This document shows positions 10,521 to 22,850 of a stretch of 64,000 nucleotides of DNA, piece after piece. Every line of letters begins with the position of its first letter. Within the stretch, counting starts at the first letter, position 1. This DNA comes from Phoronis australis (lineage: Eukaryota > Animalia > Phoronida): the NCBI GenBank assembly GCA_002633005.1, contig NMRA01000003.1, positions 1,474,181-1,538,180 on the forward strand, written 5' to 3'. The notes beneath the pieces were generated by a model. The model saw only the letters and a program-made list of their open reading frames with translations. It was not told the DNA's origin and did not search any database. A program made the translations under genes and the position numbers.

Positions 10521-13392
10521 TTCAGTGCACTTTAAGCAAAGTAGCGATGCTAGACACACTGAAAAAATAACATGCTTCGATCCATGTCAGCCGACAATTG
10601 TCGCAGAAGATCACCCATTACTACTACTGAAGAGGGTGGGAGAGGAAGCGCCACATTGACACCCTCCAGAAAAGCTGCCACGGATTGGCTTTCGAACATG
10701 TTGACGATCCACACTTGTTCGTTTTGAAATGGTTTATTGCTGAACGGTTCGCATCATGCTAAATATTGCCGAAAGCACACACAAGGTCAATGAAGGCGCA
10801 GAAGGAAACAAGCGCTACCAGTTTCGCAAGCAGCTAATGCATGCGCGCACCCAGCCTAAAATATAGGGGGCTCGAACTTTTCGTTATGCGAACCTTTTAC
10901 TGAAAAAATCAACAAGGGCTAAAAAAGAGTGGCACTAGGCTCATAGTTTATAATGTAGTCTGGATAGCGGGACATACAGTATGTATATTATACAACTGTG
11001 TAGAGTAACACATATGAAGGAATTTACAATTATTACCGTTTCATTCCGTATTGTTTAGCCAAGCGATTGATTTGATTGAGCTTGTTTATGCTGCTGCTGA
11101 TAACCTACCAACGGCGAAAATGATGTAATAGAGACGTTCGAGTTATGGCCGCCACGCAATTTTACTTCACTCCGGGTGAAACGACGAACACAGAAAGTCA
11201 TGACAAATGCTGAAACCATCTGCGTCTCTCGCAAAATATCCATTAAATTAGTTCATTCATATATCAATTAGAACATAACCGATAATTATTTAAAGGTAAT
11301 TTAGAACAAAAAATCCTCTAACAGGAAATAAGCAGGTGTAGTCTTGTATGATTCCCATCCATCACAATTTCTCATGAAAGTATCAATTTTGATTGAGCTA
11401 TCTATCACCAAAGAATGACTAAATTACTTTGAACACGAAACTACAACGACACTTTCCGTTGTATGTTTGCTGAAGGATGAGTAATGCATTTTATTTTGTA
11501 AGATCGAATCGTGCAATTCTGATATGAGCATTTCGATTGCTACTGATACTTATCGCGGAGGTGTTTGTTTACTTGAGAACAAAGCATCGCAAATAGTTAT
11601 TCAAATCTGGCTGACGTCAATTATATGGCATTTTGCCACTGTTTGACCATCAATGTTGAATTCTAAACCGAAGAGTATACCACGTCAAATGATCCGGCGT
11701 TTTCAGTCCGACCGTAAAAAACGACAGCATGCCTTAAAGCTTTAGGAATATCACTTCAATTCATTTACGTGACATTTGCCATTGTACAGGTAGTTGCGTC
11801 ATATTTAACCACCGCTTTATTTGAAGAAATATATGCACCTGTCATGGTCGCGAGCACACGTCACTGCAAGGTTCGAATGCCGTGCCTTTGTTCCGACTTT
11901 CAAATACGGCAAAAAGTAATGCAAACCGGATCATTTCTTCGACGGAAAGTTTTCTCCTACCTTGTAAATGATTGTCTCGGTTAATTGTGCGTCAGAAGTA
12001 GATTATCGACGAATCAGACAGTGTGAATGAAAATATTTTGAACCAAGATTTTAACGAGCATATAGAGGAAGAACACGTACCCAATAGACGGCATTTAGGG
12101 TATCACGTTTTGAACACAGTGCTTAGGGCCAACCATTAGAGGCTGGCACATTTTGGTATTTAGTGGCGGTAGGCGGTCACGAGACAAATTTCTGGGGCGT
12201 TTCGGAAATTTGATAATTTTACGTTAATAAGAGTAACATAATACAGTCCGAAATCTAGAAAACAATAATTTTCAACATTTTTGCATCAATCGTAACATTG
12301 ATGAACGTGCAATTAGAAGTCTGAAGTCACTCGGTAGTTGTTAACGTATGGGTTGTAAGACTTGTAGCCTACTATGCAACTACCCGCTGCAGATAAAACT
12401 CCTACTGGGGTAAGGCGTACCGCGAGTCTCTATCTCTATCTACCACTTCAAGACTTTGATCAACGTAGGCTAAAATTAGGCAAGTTACAAACACTAAAGC
12501 CATTTTAAAAACTATTTGTATCTCGTATTAGACTGTTTTAGGACAATGATTGAGGACTCATGTATCAATTGCTTCCAAGTACAGGAAAACTCGTCACTTT
12601 AGCGATCAAAAAAGTGAAGTGTATTTGGTGGGAAACTGTCGAGCTATGTCATCTACGTGGTGTTCCATAACTTGGAAGAATGTCCGGTGCAGTATGGATT
12701 CTGGCGACTGAGTCTCAATTATTGGGATTCCGGTGGAAGGGGACATCCAGTCAGCTGAGGATGGTAACCAAACCGACCTGACATATGGTCGTGATCGTGT
12801 GAAGGTGCTTTCCCCTTAGAGGAACTTCGATTTACCGAAGCTTCTCCGAAACTCCGCTTACCTTCCTGCTAGACAGATGGCGATGTTTTGCCCCTATAGA
12901 GTGGAAAACGTTGTAAACGGTTTGCGGTCAACTTCAACGATGCATTTTGGTCTGTTTAGCTGGTTAAAAAACGAAAATCGAATTAGATATTTTAGTCTCA
13001 TAAAATCGGTCTCATGTGTTGTTCGCTTTCGTGATAGAAATTAATTTCCCTCCAACAAGAACGTCGAAATCATTGGTCGGCGATTCATGAAACCGTTTCA
13101 GATTTTATTGGGTTGCCAACCCTAAAATTTCCTGCTTTGCTAACGAAAATGGAGTCATATCACAGTAGGAATAATATAAGACCGATGTTATGACCATTTT
13201 CAACCAGCTAAACAGAGCGACATGTTTATCAACAGTAAAGTCCACATGTCTGAACGCACGTACACACACAAAACGAACCGAGAGTGGCGTAGATGAAGTA
13301 ATATACAAGGAGACAATTTTTCGCGATATTTGTATTTATCCCATACGCTTCGAATTCCCAAGTTTCTTTCAATTTCTAGGCAGATTTTTTAA

Positions 13393-14068
13393 AGGAGAAT
13401 GCCACCCGATTTAATTAGTCTTTTTTACCGTCTTAATTGGTCTATATCCACATCGCCTCGCATACGGTCGACCTTACCTTGCAGAGAAGTGTCGCGTTAA
13501 CGTGTGAGAAAGGTGAAAAACGACGCAGTGACGTCAGTGGTTCATTTGCAGAGTGAATGCCGATGTGTTGCGGTGCATTGTTCCCGCTAGTCTGGACCGT
13601 ATGCAGCTGCGATGAAAGCTTGTATAGAGAGTCCGAATTGCTTAGGATGTGGCTCGCGGTAGTGAAGAATGAAAAGTACGCTGTAAATAGCAAGTATGAG
13701 GCCGTGAAACATCTCCGTGTCTGTGGCCTGCAGTCGTCGACAACTGACGAATGCCGGCTTACCAAATAATTATCCATACATTCCGTTGCCTGAGCTTGTT
13801 CACGGCACCTCTCTAGTATTTTTCATCACTGTATTCTGGTTCGAACTGATAGTCTGTGAAACTTAACGATCCACCTGTTAAGTCTTCGTTGGATGAGCTC
13901 TCGTCTACGTCGGGATTGCTAGTTGCCATGTTGACGTTTCTTACTGAGTGTTCTGTTTCAAACTTAATTATTCTCACCCTAATCAATGCTTATATAAAAC
14001 AGAAACAAAGTCTGTATCATTAGATGCAATTTGATACAAAATAGGTTGTTTTTGGGTGGCATGTTCCT
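13393..14068 (+). mobile_element. Non-autonomous Kolobok-like element (676 bp) with THAP remnant
   Basis: TTAA|AGGAGAATGCCACCC...GGGTGGCATGTTCCT|TTAA. The + ORF 13557-13769 (MPMCC...LLRMWLAVVKNEKY...HLRVCGL) is THAP-like, and the minus strand carries a YQFEPEYSDE gene start. Confidence 0.8.
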
Positions 14069-14355
14069 TTAAATACTTCAACCAGACTATTCACATGGTA
14101 GATCACTTCCTACATGTATGTACTTGAGTGTTAGGTTACAAGTTTCTCTAGTAAAAGAAACAGTTTTAAATGTAACGATTTGTTGACTTAAAAACAAGAA
14201 GAAAGCAACACTAAATGTGCATTGAACTTGTAACATTTCCTGAAAATAGTTAAGTAACAACAATATTTGATACTGTATTTAACGAGGAATTGGCGCCTGA
14301 GTTGCAGATGATATAATATTTAACAATCGAAAACTGAGACAGAAGTGTCATATAA

Positions 14356-14637
14356 CATAGGCGGATTTATGGGGCCCCAGGTCCCCTCCCCTCTTGGCTG
14401 CCGCAAGCAAAATGAAACAGGAACAACGCGAAGTGTGAGGAAATATTGATGCCAGTAAGCAAGAGCCGTACTCAAGACCCCATATAGCTGGGGAATCGTG
14501 CTACCGTTTTTTTTTAGTCCACCGACAAATTTTGCTCCCGCAACTTTTGGGCCGCCAGCTGTGCATATAATCGCGCTTCGCCCAATTCCCCGAGGCAACA
14601 TGTTGGCCCCCCTTATGTTATCCTAGATCCGCCACTG
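14356..14637. mobile_element. CAGGGGCGGAT-type MITE
   Basis: CATAGGCGGATTT...AGATCCGCCACTG, flanked by TATAA on both sides (5-bp TSD). Confidence 0.7.
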
Positions 14638-17239
14638 TATAATTAACAGTTTTGTTCCAGATGTTATGTTTGGCCCTGATTGCATGTGGTTTGGCCACCC
14701 AAAAAGAAAATCCTCGAATTTTAGAATGTTTGGTTTCATCGCAAATTGGATTTGGTTTTGTTTTAAAGGAAATATACTTTCCAAAAAGAAACGGATTGCA
14801 GTGCCGAAATTGCTTAAGTACCAAAGGAGCTGGTTCCCAGATCCACAGCCTCTTTATTCTCCCATTCGGCTGCTCAGTCTCAGACGATGCTCTCTCACCA
14901 TGATGATACCCGTCTCTAAGTTTCTCCATCGTCATGACCCCTCGTCGGTTGTCTATCGAAACCGATTCTCAACAAGCCGAGTGATCCATCTAACCGTTAA
15001 TTCAATTTCTGTGAGACGTCTTGTTATGCATCATCTGCACGAGCCCATATGCACAAAAACGGACACTTTTTGAAGAGTGAGCTAATTGGAATGAGAGGCA
15101 TTCAGGTCGTCGTTTTCAATGAACAGGGAATGAACGCAAAATTGAAATCAGTGTTTACCTGGGAAGAGTTTTTTTAGCAATGGTTGGGGGAAACGTGGTT
15201 CCGCTGTGCCGCCGGAGACTGCGCTGGTATTGTAATCACCAAGGAAGGGCAATGTCATCTTGTTTCGCCTTTGACACATTTTGGATTTCAGAAAAGGCGT
15301 TAAATTCATAACTAGCCAGCATGAGACACAGAAGGTCGCTACTGTGAGTGGTGCCTTTCCAAATTTCGAATAAGCGCAATTGCTGAATATTCGAAACACA
15401 TGAATTGCTTCTCAGGGGTAGATCGTTTGGTTTAAAAAGAAACATGAACAAAATATAGCCATAATGCATGTTGAAATAGAGCTTCAGCTACAAGCAGATT
15501 ACCAAAACATTTCTGACAAGGTAACATTGGACATGGAAAGCAATGGTAGCCTATTGGCAATATTGGGACAATTAGGGAATATCCAGGTTAGAGAATTATG
15601 AATGAGAAGGATATAAGCACGGGAAATGCCGGTATGTATCCGGAAAACGGTAACAAGACATTTCTGAATAAAACGGAAAAAATGTGGGCATAATTTTAAA
15701 AAACCGTGAAATAAATATCAAGTCAAATTAGTTGATTAACAATGATTGATCAGCAGAAAGTATGAGCCAAGCAATAACAAAATTGGCTGTTGAGAAAATT
15801 ACTGCAAAAAGTAACACTTTTAAACTTAAAAAATTCTGCTGAAAACACTAGATCTGCGGCCCATGGCATAAAGCAAACAGGCAAATAGATAGAAAGACTA
15901 ATCACATTGGCCGGAGCCTTCGTGTAATCTTTTTTGGATCTGAATGTATTAAGACTTGTGTGAATTGCAGATTGAAATTAAAGTTTAAATCCAACCAAAG
16001 AAGCATCAATGCGCTGAGAATCAACTAATCAGTATTGGTTAAAATCATGCAAACCATGTACAATAGTTATCTATATAACTGGTCGAATGACGGCCAGAGT
16101 TGCATAACTTCAAGTCACTTTGCCCACACCACTGGTTAACTGGCAACAGCTACAAGCAAAAAATCCTTTTGTATTTCTCATCTTTCTTAATCACTGCGAA
16201 AGCGAAAAAAGCGTAAGTGACGATTTTTTAGTAAACTGTTGCTGCAGCTGCAAGTAGCGTAAAAAGCTACTTTGCCTTTTTACGGACAGGAACTACCATA
16301 TATTGCTTCTGTGGCACATGCCCGTTTGGAGCGCTGCGGTCCATGAACCAGCAATGCTTGCACTGGCCATCCAATGCCATTTTGCTGTGAGATTTCTCAA
16401 TTCCCTCTCCACGGCCTCCGCATAATTTTACCGTTCCAAACAAGGCACTAATATTGAAGAGTGTTTTGTGGAAAAGAATTAAGTAACCAGATGCGCACCG
16501 ATTGACTTGACGTTGTGAGGATTAAGTGACGGCTGTTATTATCTAATTGATACAGAAGAGACACAGCCTTGCCTACGGACTTCATTATATGCTTGAATAT
16601 ATGGTTCACGAGGATGACGGTACATAATTCTAGGTTGTGAGGTGACCCGCAGCATTAAAGACACATTGAGCCCGACCTCACGCTGGGCATCTCGAGTTTT
16701 TGGACTACACGCTTTTATGCGGAAACTATAATACACACGAGCACAAAATAATGGGCATTGAAATACCTTGAGTTCATATTAAAGTGGAACGGAAAATATT
16801 CGATTTTGATCGAAAGGATTAGGCCCTAGCATCGCCAGTAAGACACGTTTATTTGCAAATGTGGCCATTTAATTCTACATATGAGTGTTGTCAGTCGGGA
16901 AGTCTTCACTGATTGAACTCAAGCTTGACAGTTGTCTACAAGTACCTCGTGTGCTCCAGGGATCGGGCCTGGTCTGAGAAGTCTTTTAGGGGCTCATCCT
17001 TATCAGCTGAACCAATCTAATTGAAACTTCACGGTGCATCAGCCAGTGAGACCTGCTATGCATAGCTAATGATGACCTTTGCTCCAAGCATATTAAATTA
17101 CATCAGTATTTTGACAATCTAACATTTTCTGAAGTCTCTTGAAGCTCTGATGTAAACACAGCAATTTTCGATTGATATTGAGCCCTCAATAAAGGCTCAT
17201 TCATGCTGTTGTGACACTTGTAACAACAAGCACGATTAA

Positions 17240-18713
17240 GGCGAAGGCAACCCTTTTTCATGTCATTTTAAGCAAGAATAAGGTGCGTTGATGATCTCAG
17301 ACATATTTTTCACTTAATCACAGCTTTTCGTAATTTAATTAATTACTCGTCCTCTACTCCGGATGTGACGTTTTGGGAGGCAAGAATTACGCGCCAATTT
17401 CTTTTCATATAGTATGACTGTGAGAGCTGTCGAGTCAGTCATCGTTCTACCTCGGTTGCGACAAGTTCGTTCGTCGTTTGCTTTTGTTTACCGTCAGTCA
17501 ACATGCCACAATGTTGCTGTGTAGCAGGATATACTCATTATCATCTCACGCGCGTTGAAAGTACCTTTGCATCGCTTTCTGAACGATGACACACTTCGCC
17601 GTCTTTGGCTAGTTCGTGTGAAGAACGCAGCGTTACCCGTCCACGAAAAGTTCACAAGTAGTGAAGGGTTACCGAGTGTGGCAAGTATTTTCTGCCGTCA
17701 GATTACGAGAGAGATAAGTAGGCTTAATTGATGAAGTTCCCTTTGAAACAACGCCTGAAGAAGGGTGCCATACCGTCCTTATTGATTCCCGGCAGTGCCC
17801 CGTCGCTACCCCCGAGAAGTACGTTTTTGAAGCGAGAAGCCTCGCGAGTAGTTGTGGCCAGTACAGTGACTGGAGGCAAGGCTTCATCTACTGTCAGCCG
17901 TGCCTCCGAACGTACTTCCAGAGGGTGCAATTCCGGAACTAGCGATGATTCGCCCTGTGCTCAGTGTTGTCTCTAGCCCAGAGCCTGTAAGCAGCCCTGC
18001 AGCGATGTTGAGTAGTGGGAGTGAATACGAGGCCCAGTTCGACACACAGTGACGAGGACAATTCGTCGTCCAATGAACAGATCGGCGAGCCAAACTTTGA
18101 TAAGTTTATTGAGGACTTGTCTAAAGTATTGGAGCTATTTCGACGGTGCCAGGTGTGTGGCGAGGGAGTCACAAGGACAGGATATAAGCAGTTTGGGTGC
18201 TCAGGTCACCATCCAGTGGGAGTGTGTCGCGGGACACTCGGACAAGTTCTGCCTGTGCGTACTCTGCCATATTATACTCGGGCTCAAACATATACCCACC
18301 CACTGACTGCCCGTGAGTCATCGTCACCACTGTTATGAACAATGTCTCACTAATGTCACTGTGGTATGGGTTGCCGATTCCAGCCATTTTCAAGTCACTA
18401 CAAACTTAACAATCCAACGTAATTGGATTTCTCTAACAACCTAGCTTGTCGTAGAATACTCGTCGATGGGAAGTGGTGAGGACAATTTTAGAAAAACAGC
18501 ACGAAAACAAAAGTATAGTAGAGATTCTCGCAGTAAACTCAAAGCAGAACCAAATTAGTGCGAAATTCTTGCCTCCCAAAACGTCACTTCCGGAGTAGAG
18601 AACGAGTAATTAATTAAATTACGAAACGCTGTAATTAAGTGAAAAACAGGTCTGGAATAATCAACGAACCTTACTTTTGCTAAAAATGACATGAAAAATA
18701 GTTGCCTTTGCAT
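17240..18713 (+). mobile_element. Internally deleted Kolobok DNA transposon with ~150-bp TIRs and THAP-transposase remnant
   Basis: TTAA flanks both ends, and 17240-17392 is inverted with 18560-18713. Frameshifted MPQCCCVAG...LHRF...LRRLWLVRVKN...YFLPSDYERD...RLKKGAIPS (THAP) is followed by KFIEDLSKVLELFRRCQVCG...IQWECVAGH. Confidence 0.85.
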
Positions 18714-19979
18714 TTAAGCCCACGTATTACCAGTTTGGAAAATACCATTGTTTGCTTCAAAGTCTAGTGGTATGATTAGTCAGTGATACAACATTTTAGC
18801 AATTTAGCCCTGATAAAGTAGTATGTTATTTAAAAATACTTCCAACACCTCCGTCACAAAAACGTTTGGATTTCGCTGCAATATTACTTAAAAATACTCG
18901 TTCCACATGCTGCTTTATAAGAGACATTGTGATAATTCAGGTCATTGGTAATTTTACTTTTAACACAAATGGACCATGTTCACTGCTTCAAAATGTTCAA
19001 TATATTAACATATCTCTTACCCCTCGCAAAATCCGTGAATATCTCTGAACTTTAAAAGTTGCAAACGGACGCTCGAAAATTAGGCAAATGAATACCGCAA
19101 ATGAGAGGCTTGTAGGCGCTGCTTAAGTGCCTACCGTGCAGGCTATTATACTATTTTATGCCTAAAACGCCGAAATTTAACCACACGCTGATATAGCGCT
19201 ACTACTTTGTCATGATTTTTATAGCTAACACATTGGCATTGCAGCACTGAAAAAAGTGTGGAGCTATAGCCCACAGCTCCCTGTAGTGCACCGCCCATGT
19301 AACACGCATACATTTATAGTAAAAATGAAACACCTGCAACTTCAAACAAATGCCTTATATATTAAACCAGTAACGATTATACAAACAACATCACAAAATC
19401 AAAGTTTTGGATCTTCCCTAGGTTTCAAAAAAGGTTGTGTCCATAACTTACTACAAAAATATGTTAAATGAATACTATCTACTATCTAGCAACAATACTG
19501 CTGCAGTGCTGCAGTATAAAAGATATACAGTGAAACAAACATGGAAAAAATAGGAAAGGAATATCAAGAAATACAAACCACAAACAATAGAGTACAACCT
19601 AGTGTTCTCCACAATACCAATTCCCGTAAAATAACTCAGACTGTCACGCATCCAGTCACCCGGCGACTCAATGACTTTCGGCCTTAGGCCCTACCGATAG
19701 TACATGTGATCAGAAAGTGCTGAATAAAACGCGTTCTCGTGATACTTCTTGTGTTATTTCTTTAGTTACAATGCAGGCCTAAGTCTTTACATTGCGTTTA
19801 CTCCGGCAAACGAACGCTGATGACACGCACGCGCTCGCTCACTCACACAGTCACGCTGACGATCTTCAAAACGTGACTACGACATGTGAGTTCGTCCACA
19901 GATTTTTCTCATGTTGCTGACACAGGCGCTAGAGTTTATCTGTTTCCAGACTGCAAATGACGTCACTCACTACTAAGAA

Positions 19980-20700
19980 AACATATTGTGAGTGAAGCAG
20001 AAACAGTTTTTCGTGAAATGAAGCATTTCTCCCACACACTTCCGGTATGCCGTCAACACAGTACTTGCAATGACCTCTTTTAGCAAACTTTTTGGGTCAA
20101 CAACCCACACCATTGTAGCTAACGTCACGCCGAACAATTGTTTTTCTTGTCATCTTTGCTGATGCAGGTTTTGGCGACTTAACCTCATCCAACTATTGCC
20201 GGCCTCGCTTGGGAGTTTTGCACAATGATTTCGCAATATTGGCCTGGAAAGTTCTCAGCTTCATGAGCTCACCTTCGGGCATTGAAGAGCACATTTTTTG
20301 GTACATAAGCCAAAGATTGACCACGACAAGGGTATAATGTGCCAAAAAGGTACATATACCACCTTCCGGGTGTGATGCCGTAGTTGTACCTTGCTGACGG
20401 AGCATCCAACAGGTCGACATCACCCATAAACTTGTTTCAAGATGGCCTTGGAATTTAGACATGGGCCTTAGAGCACTTGTCCCATATTCTAACATTATCA
20501 GTTGGACTAGCACCAACAAAGGTGACTTGACAGTTACTGGCTTGTTGCCATACCAGTGCACAATGCAGATGTTTTCGTCGATCTCGACTTTTTCTTCAAA
20601 TGAACCTCTTCCTTATTTTTTGAGACTGCACCCATGGATACGGTTGGCTCGTATACTAGTATTAGTTCATCGTCACAGTCAGAGTTTTCATGATCGCCAC
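19980..20700 (-). pseudogene. Degenerate piggyBac (PGBD-like) transposase C-terminal half
   Basis: SIRANRIHGC, WYGNKPV, NKFMGDVDLLD, WYMYLF, VVNLWLMY, FQANIAKSL, KRGR and a Cys-rich tail (RGHCKYC...CGKC), spread across frameshifts. Confidence 0.8.
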
Positions 20701-21317
20701 CAAGTCACTCTCATCTCCAGCAAATGTGACACATCACCCAACTCAAGGGTTTTCCTTGTCGTTTGGAATCTAAAAATTAATCAGTAAATCGATTAGCTCA
20801 TTCAATTTAGGTACTACATTACGTGGGTTTCAAAGTAAAATCTTGACATATAACGAGTAATAAACAATAAAATAAGTTCATAAAGACAATGGTTGAGATC
20901 CTATACAATCATGATGTTGAATGTGATTTCAAAGAGACAACGGACGAAAGACCCGGTAGCACAAAAAAGCAAATTGTTTACTTTATTTACACAAAAATTA
21001 CAATCTAACAAGTCAGACTTAAATATTGTTTAGAAGAATAGATATAATGCGCAAAAGAAAAAAACAAACTACTGTGCTTTTGCTAAAAAATTTAGCACAA
21101 ACTGGGCATTAACCCTACCTAGGGTCAAACAGAAGACTATGCACAGGTGTTGGCATGGTGATGACAGTGCCTAGTATTGCAATTACGCAACATGGCTTTT
21201 CAGGACAAGCACACATAGATAACAGAACATTATTCAAAGTAAGGTTTACACTGGTAAATAACACGATATTTAATGGTTTGAATCCATTATACTGCAGTAG
21301 TAACTTTACCTGGACTG

Positions 21318-21460
21318 CAGGGGCGGATCCAGGATTTTGAGTTNAGAGTATATGCCAGGATTTTGCTCGTCAGACATTCGTACCCCCGAACTGCTTAACG
21401 GAATTAGGGAGAATTTTAGGGGGGCATGGCCCCCTTGGGCCCCCTCTAAATCCGCCACTG
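21318..21460. mobile_element. CAGGGGCGGAT-type MITE
   Basis: CAGGGGCGGATCCAG...TAAATCCGCCACTG with G/C-run interior. Confidence 0.75.
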
Positions 21461-22289
21461 GGCTGTGTAGAGAATGTCTTTGCCTTTTGCTCACAGGACA
21501 GCTTACAACCACAGGCCTCCTCAGCTTCTGATCGTCCGCAATACACTATATATATACTACAAGGTATGACACTCGGGACTAGAAATTCCACGGGTGCTTC
21601 ACTTCAGTCCTCCATAGCACAAAATTCAATAAATTTTAAAAAACAGAAGGTCAACAAACCATGAGGAATTTTTCTTTCTGCCAAAACCATTTACAGTGTC
21701 CAGCTCTATCGAGTTCGCAAAAAATTCGCGGTCTAAGCACAAAAATCTTCCCAAAAAGTCGCTGCGTACCAGCAATATGCTACACGGAAATTGTCGGTTT
21801 GTCACGGAAGGTCACGGAATTAACAACTCCACTTTCGTAACCTTCCGTGATGAACCGGCAATTGCCGTCGATTCGTAACTCATCGGATTATTGTACCCTA
21901 CTTGACCTTGACCACGTGAAGCAGTACACTGTAACCTACAAACTATTGTTCATCAACAGCAACGTGTGCTCATCAGTCATCCTCTAAAAACGAACTATGT
22001 TTTACAAACCAATCGCATGACAACCGCTGCAAGTTTTGCCATAATTCGCAATATAACACCATCCGGTGCTATAATCTTAATTAAAATACTAAATATCACA
22101 AGGAAATAAACACCGATCCCTTATAGTATATTAACAAATAAGGAACAATTCCACTACCCAGTTTGTAACCTATGATAACGTTTTTCAACCAAAAACGTGT
22201 TCAAAACATTAAGACTGACCAAGCACAGCAAACAAAGTAATGAGGTCACCATTTAACAAACATGATATTGCATTATTTACCTAACATAA

Positions 22290-22850
22290 AAACCCTAGGC
22301 AATTTTGTCACGTTGTTTCAGGCCGAGATCACTGAAATTAATAGAGCTGCTCAACTGGCACAACAATATAACACTGAGCTTGGCAATCGGCCAATTACCA
22401 TTTTTCAGATAGTCAGGCAGCAATATATAAGCCTTAAAGAAACTAAGGGTCAACTCTCGTTGTGTTAATGCTTGTATTAATGAGCTTAACAAGCTTGCAA
22501 TTGAAAGAGCCGTCAATATACGGTGGGTCATGGCCCATGTGGGAATTGATGGCAATAAGAATGCAGACAGACTCGCAAAGATAGGAGCAAGCGTTCTGCA
22601 TTTTGTGCCTGAACCTGCTATCCCGGTATCTTACTGATGTTGCAGGATGAGTATACGCAACTGGGTACATACCCAGTCAGCAGCCCAGTGGGCATCACTT
22701 AACTCCTGCAGAGAGACCAAGGAGAATTTTCCTAACGTGATCGAACCAAACGGTTCAAAAAGCCTTCTGAGTCTGGGTAGATTGGGTATAACACACGTCA
22801 TTCAATTTTTGACGGGCCACTGCAACCTAGCCCGACACAGACACAGCCCA
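22290..22850 (+). mobile_element. LOA-like LINE RNase H and C-terminal fragment
   Basis: TIFSDSQAA, WVMAHVGIDGNKNADRLAKIGA, PEPAIP and IQFLTGHCNLARH, with frameshifts. Confidence 0.8.

Noticed and set aside
12755-12790. CTGAGGATGGT...ACCGA as a hammerhead
   Set aside because: The GAAA core and cleavage triplet are missing.
19642-19884. TG...CA block with AATAAA as a solo LTR
   Set aside because: No matching 4-6-bp TSD for either candidate end and no second copy in the window.
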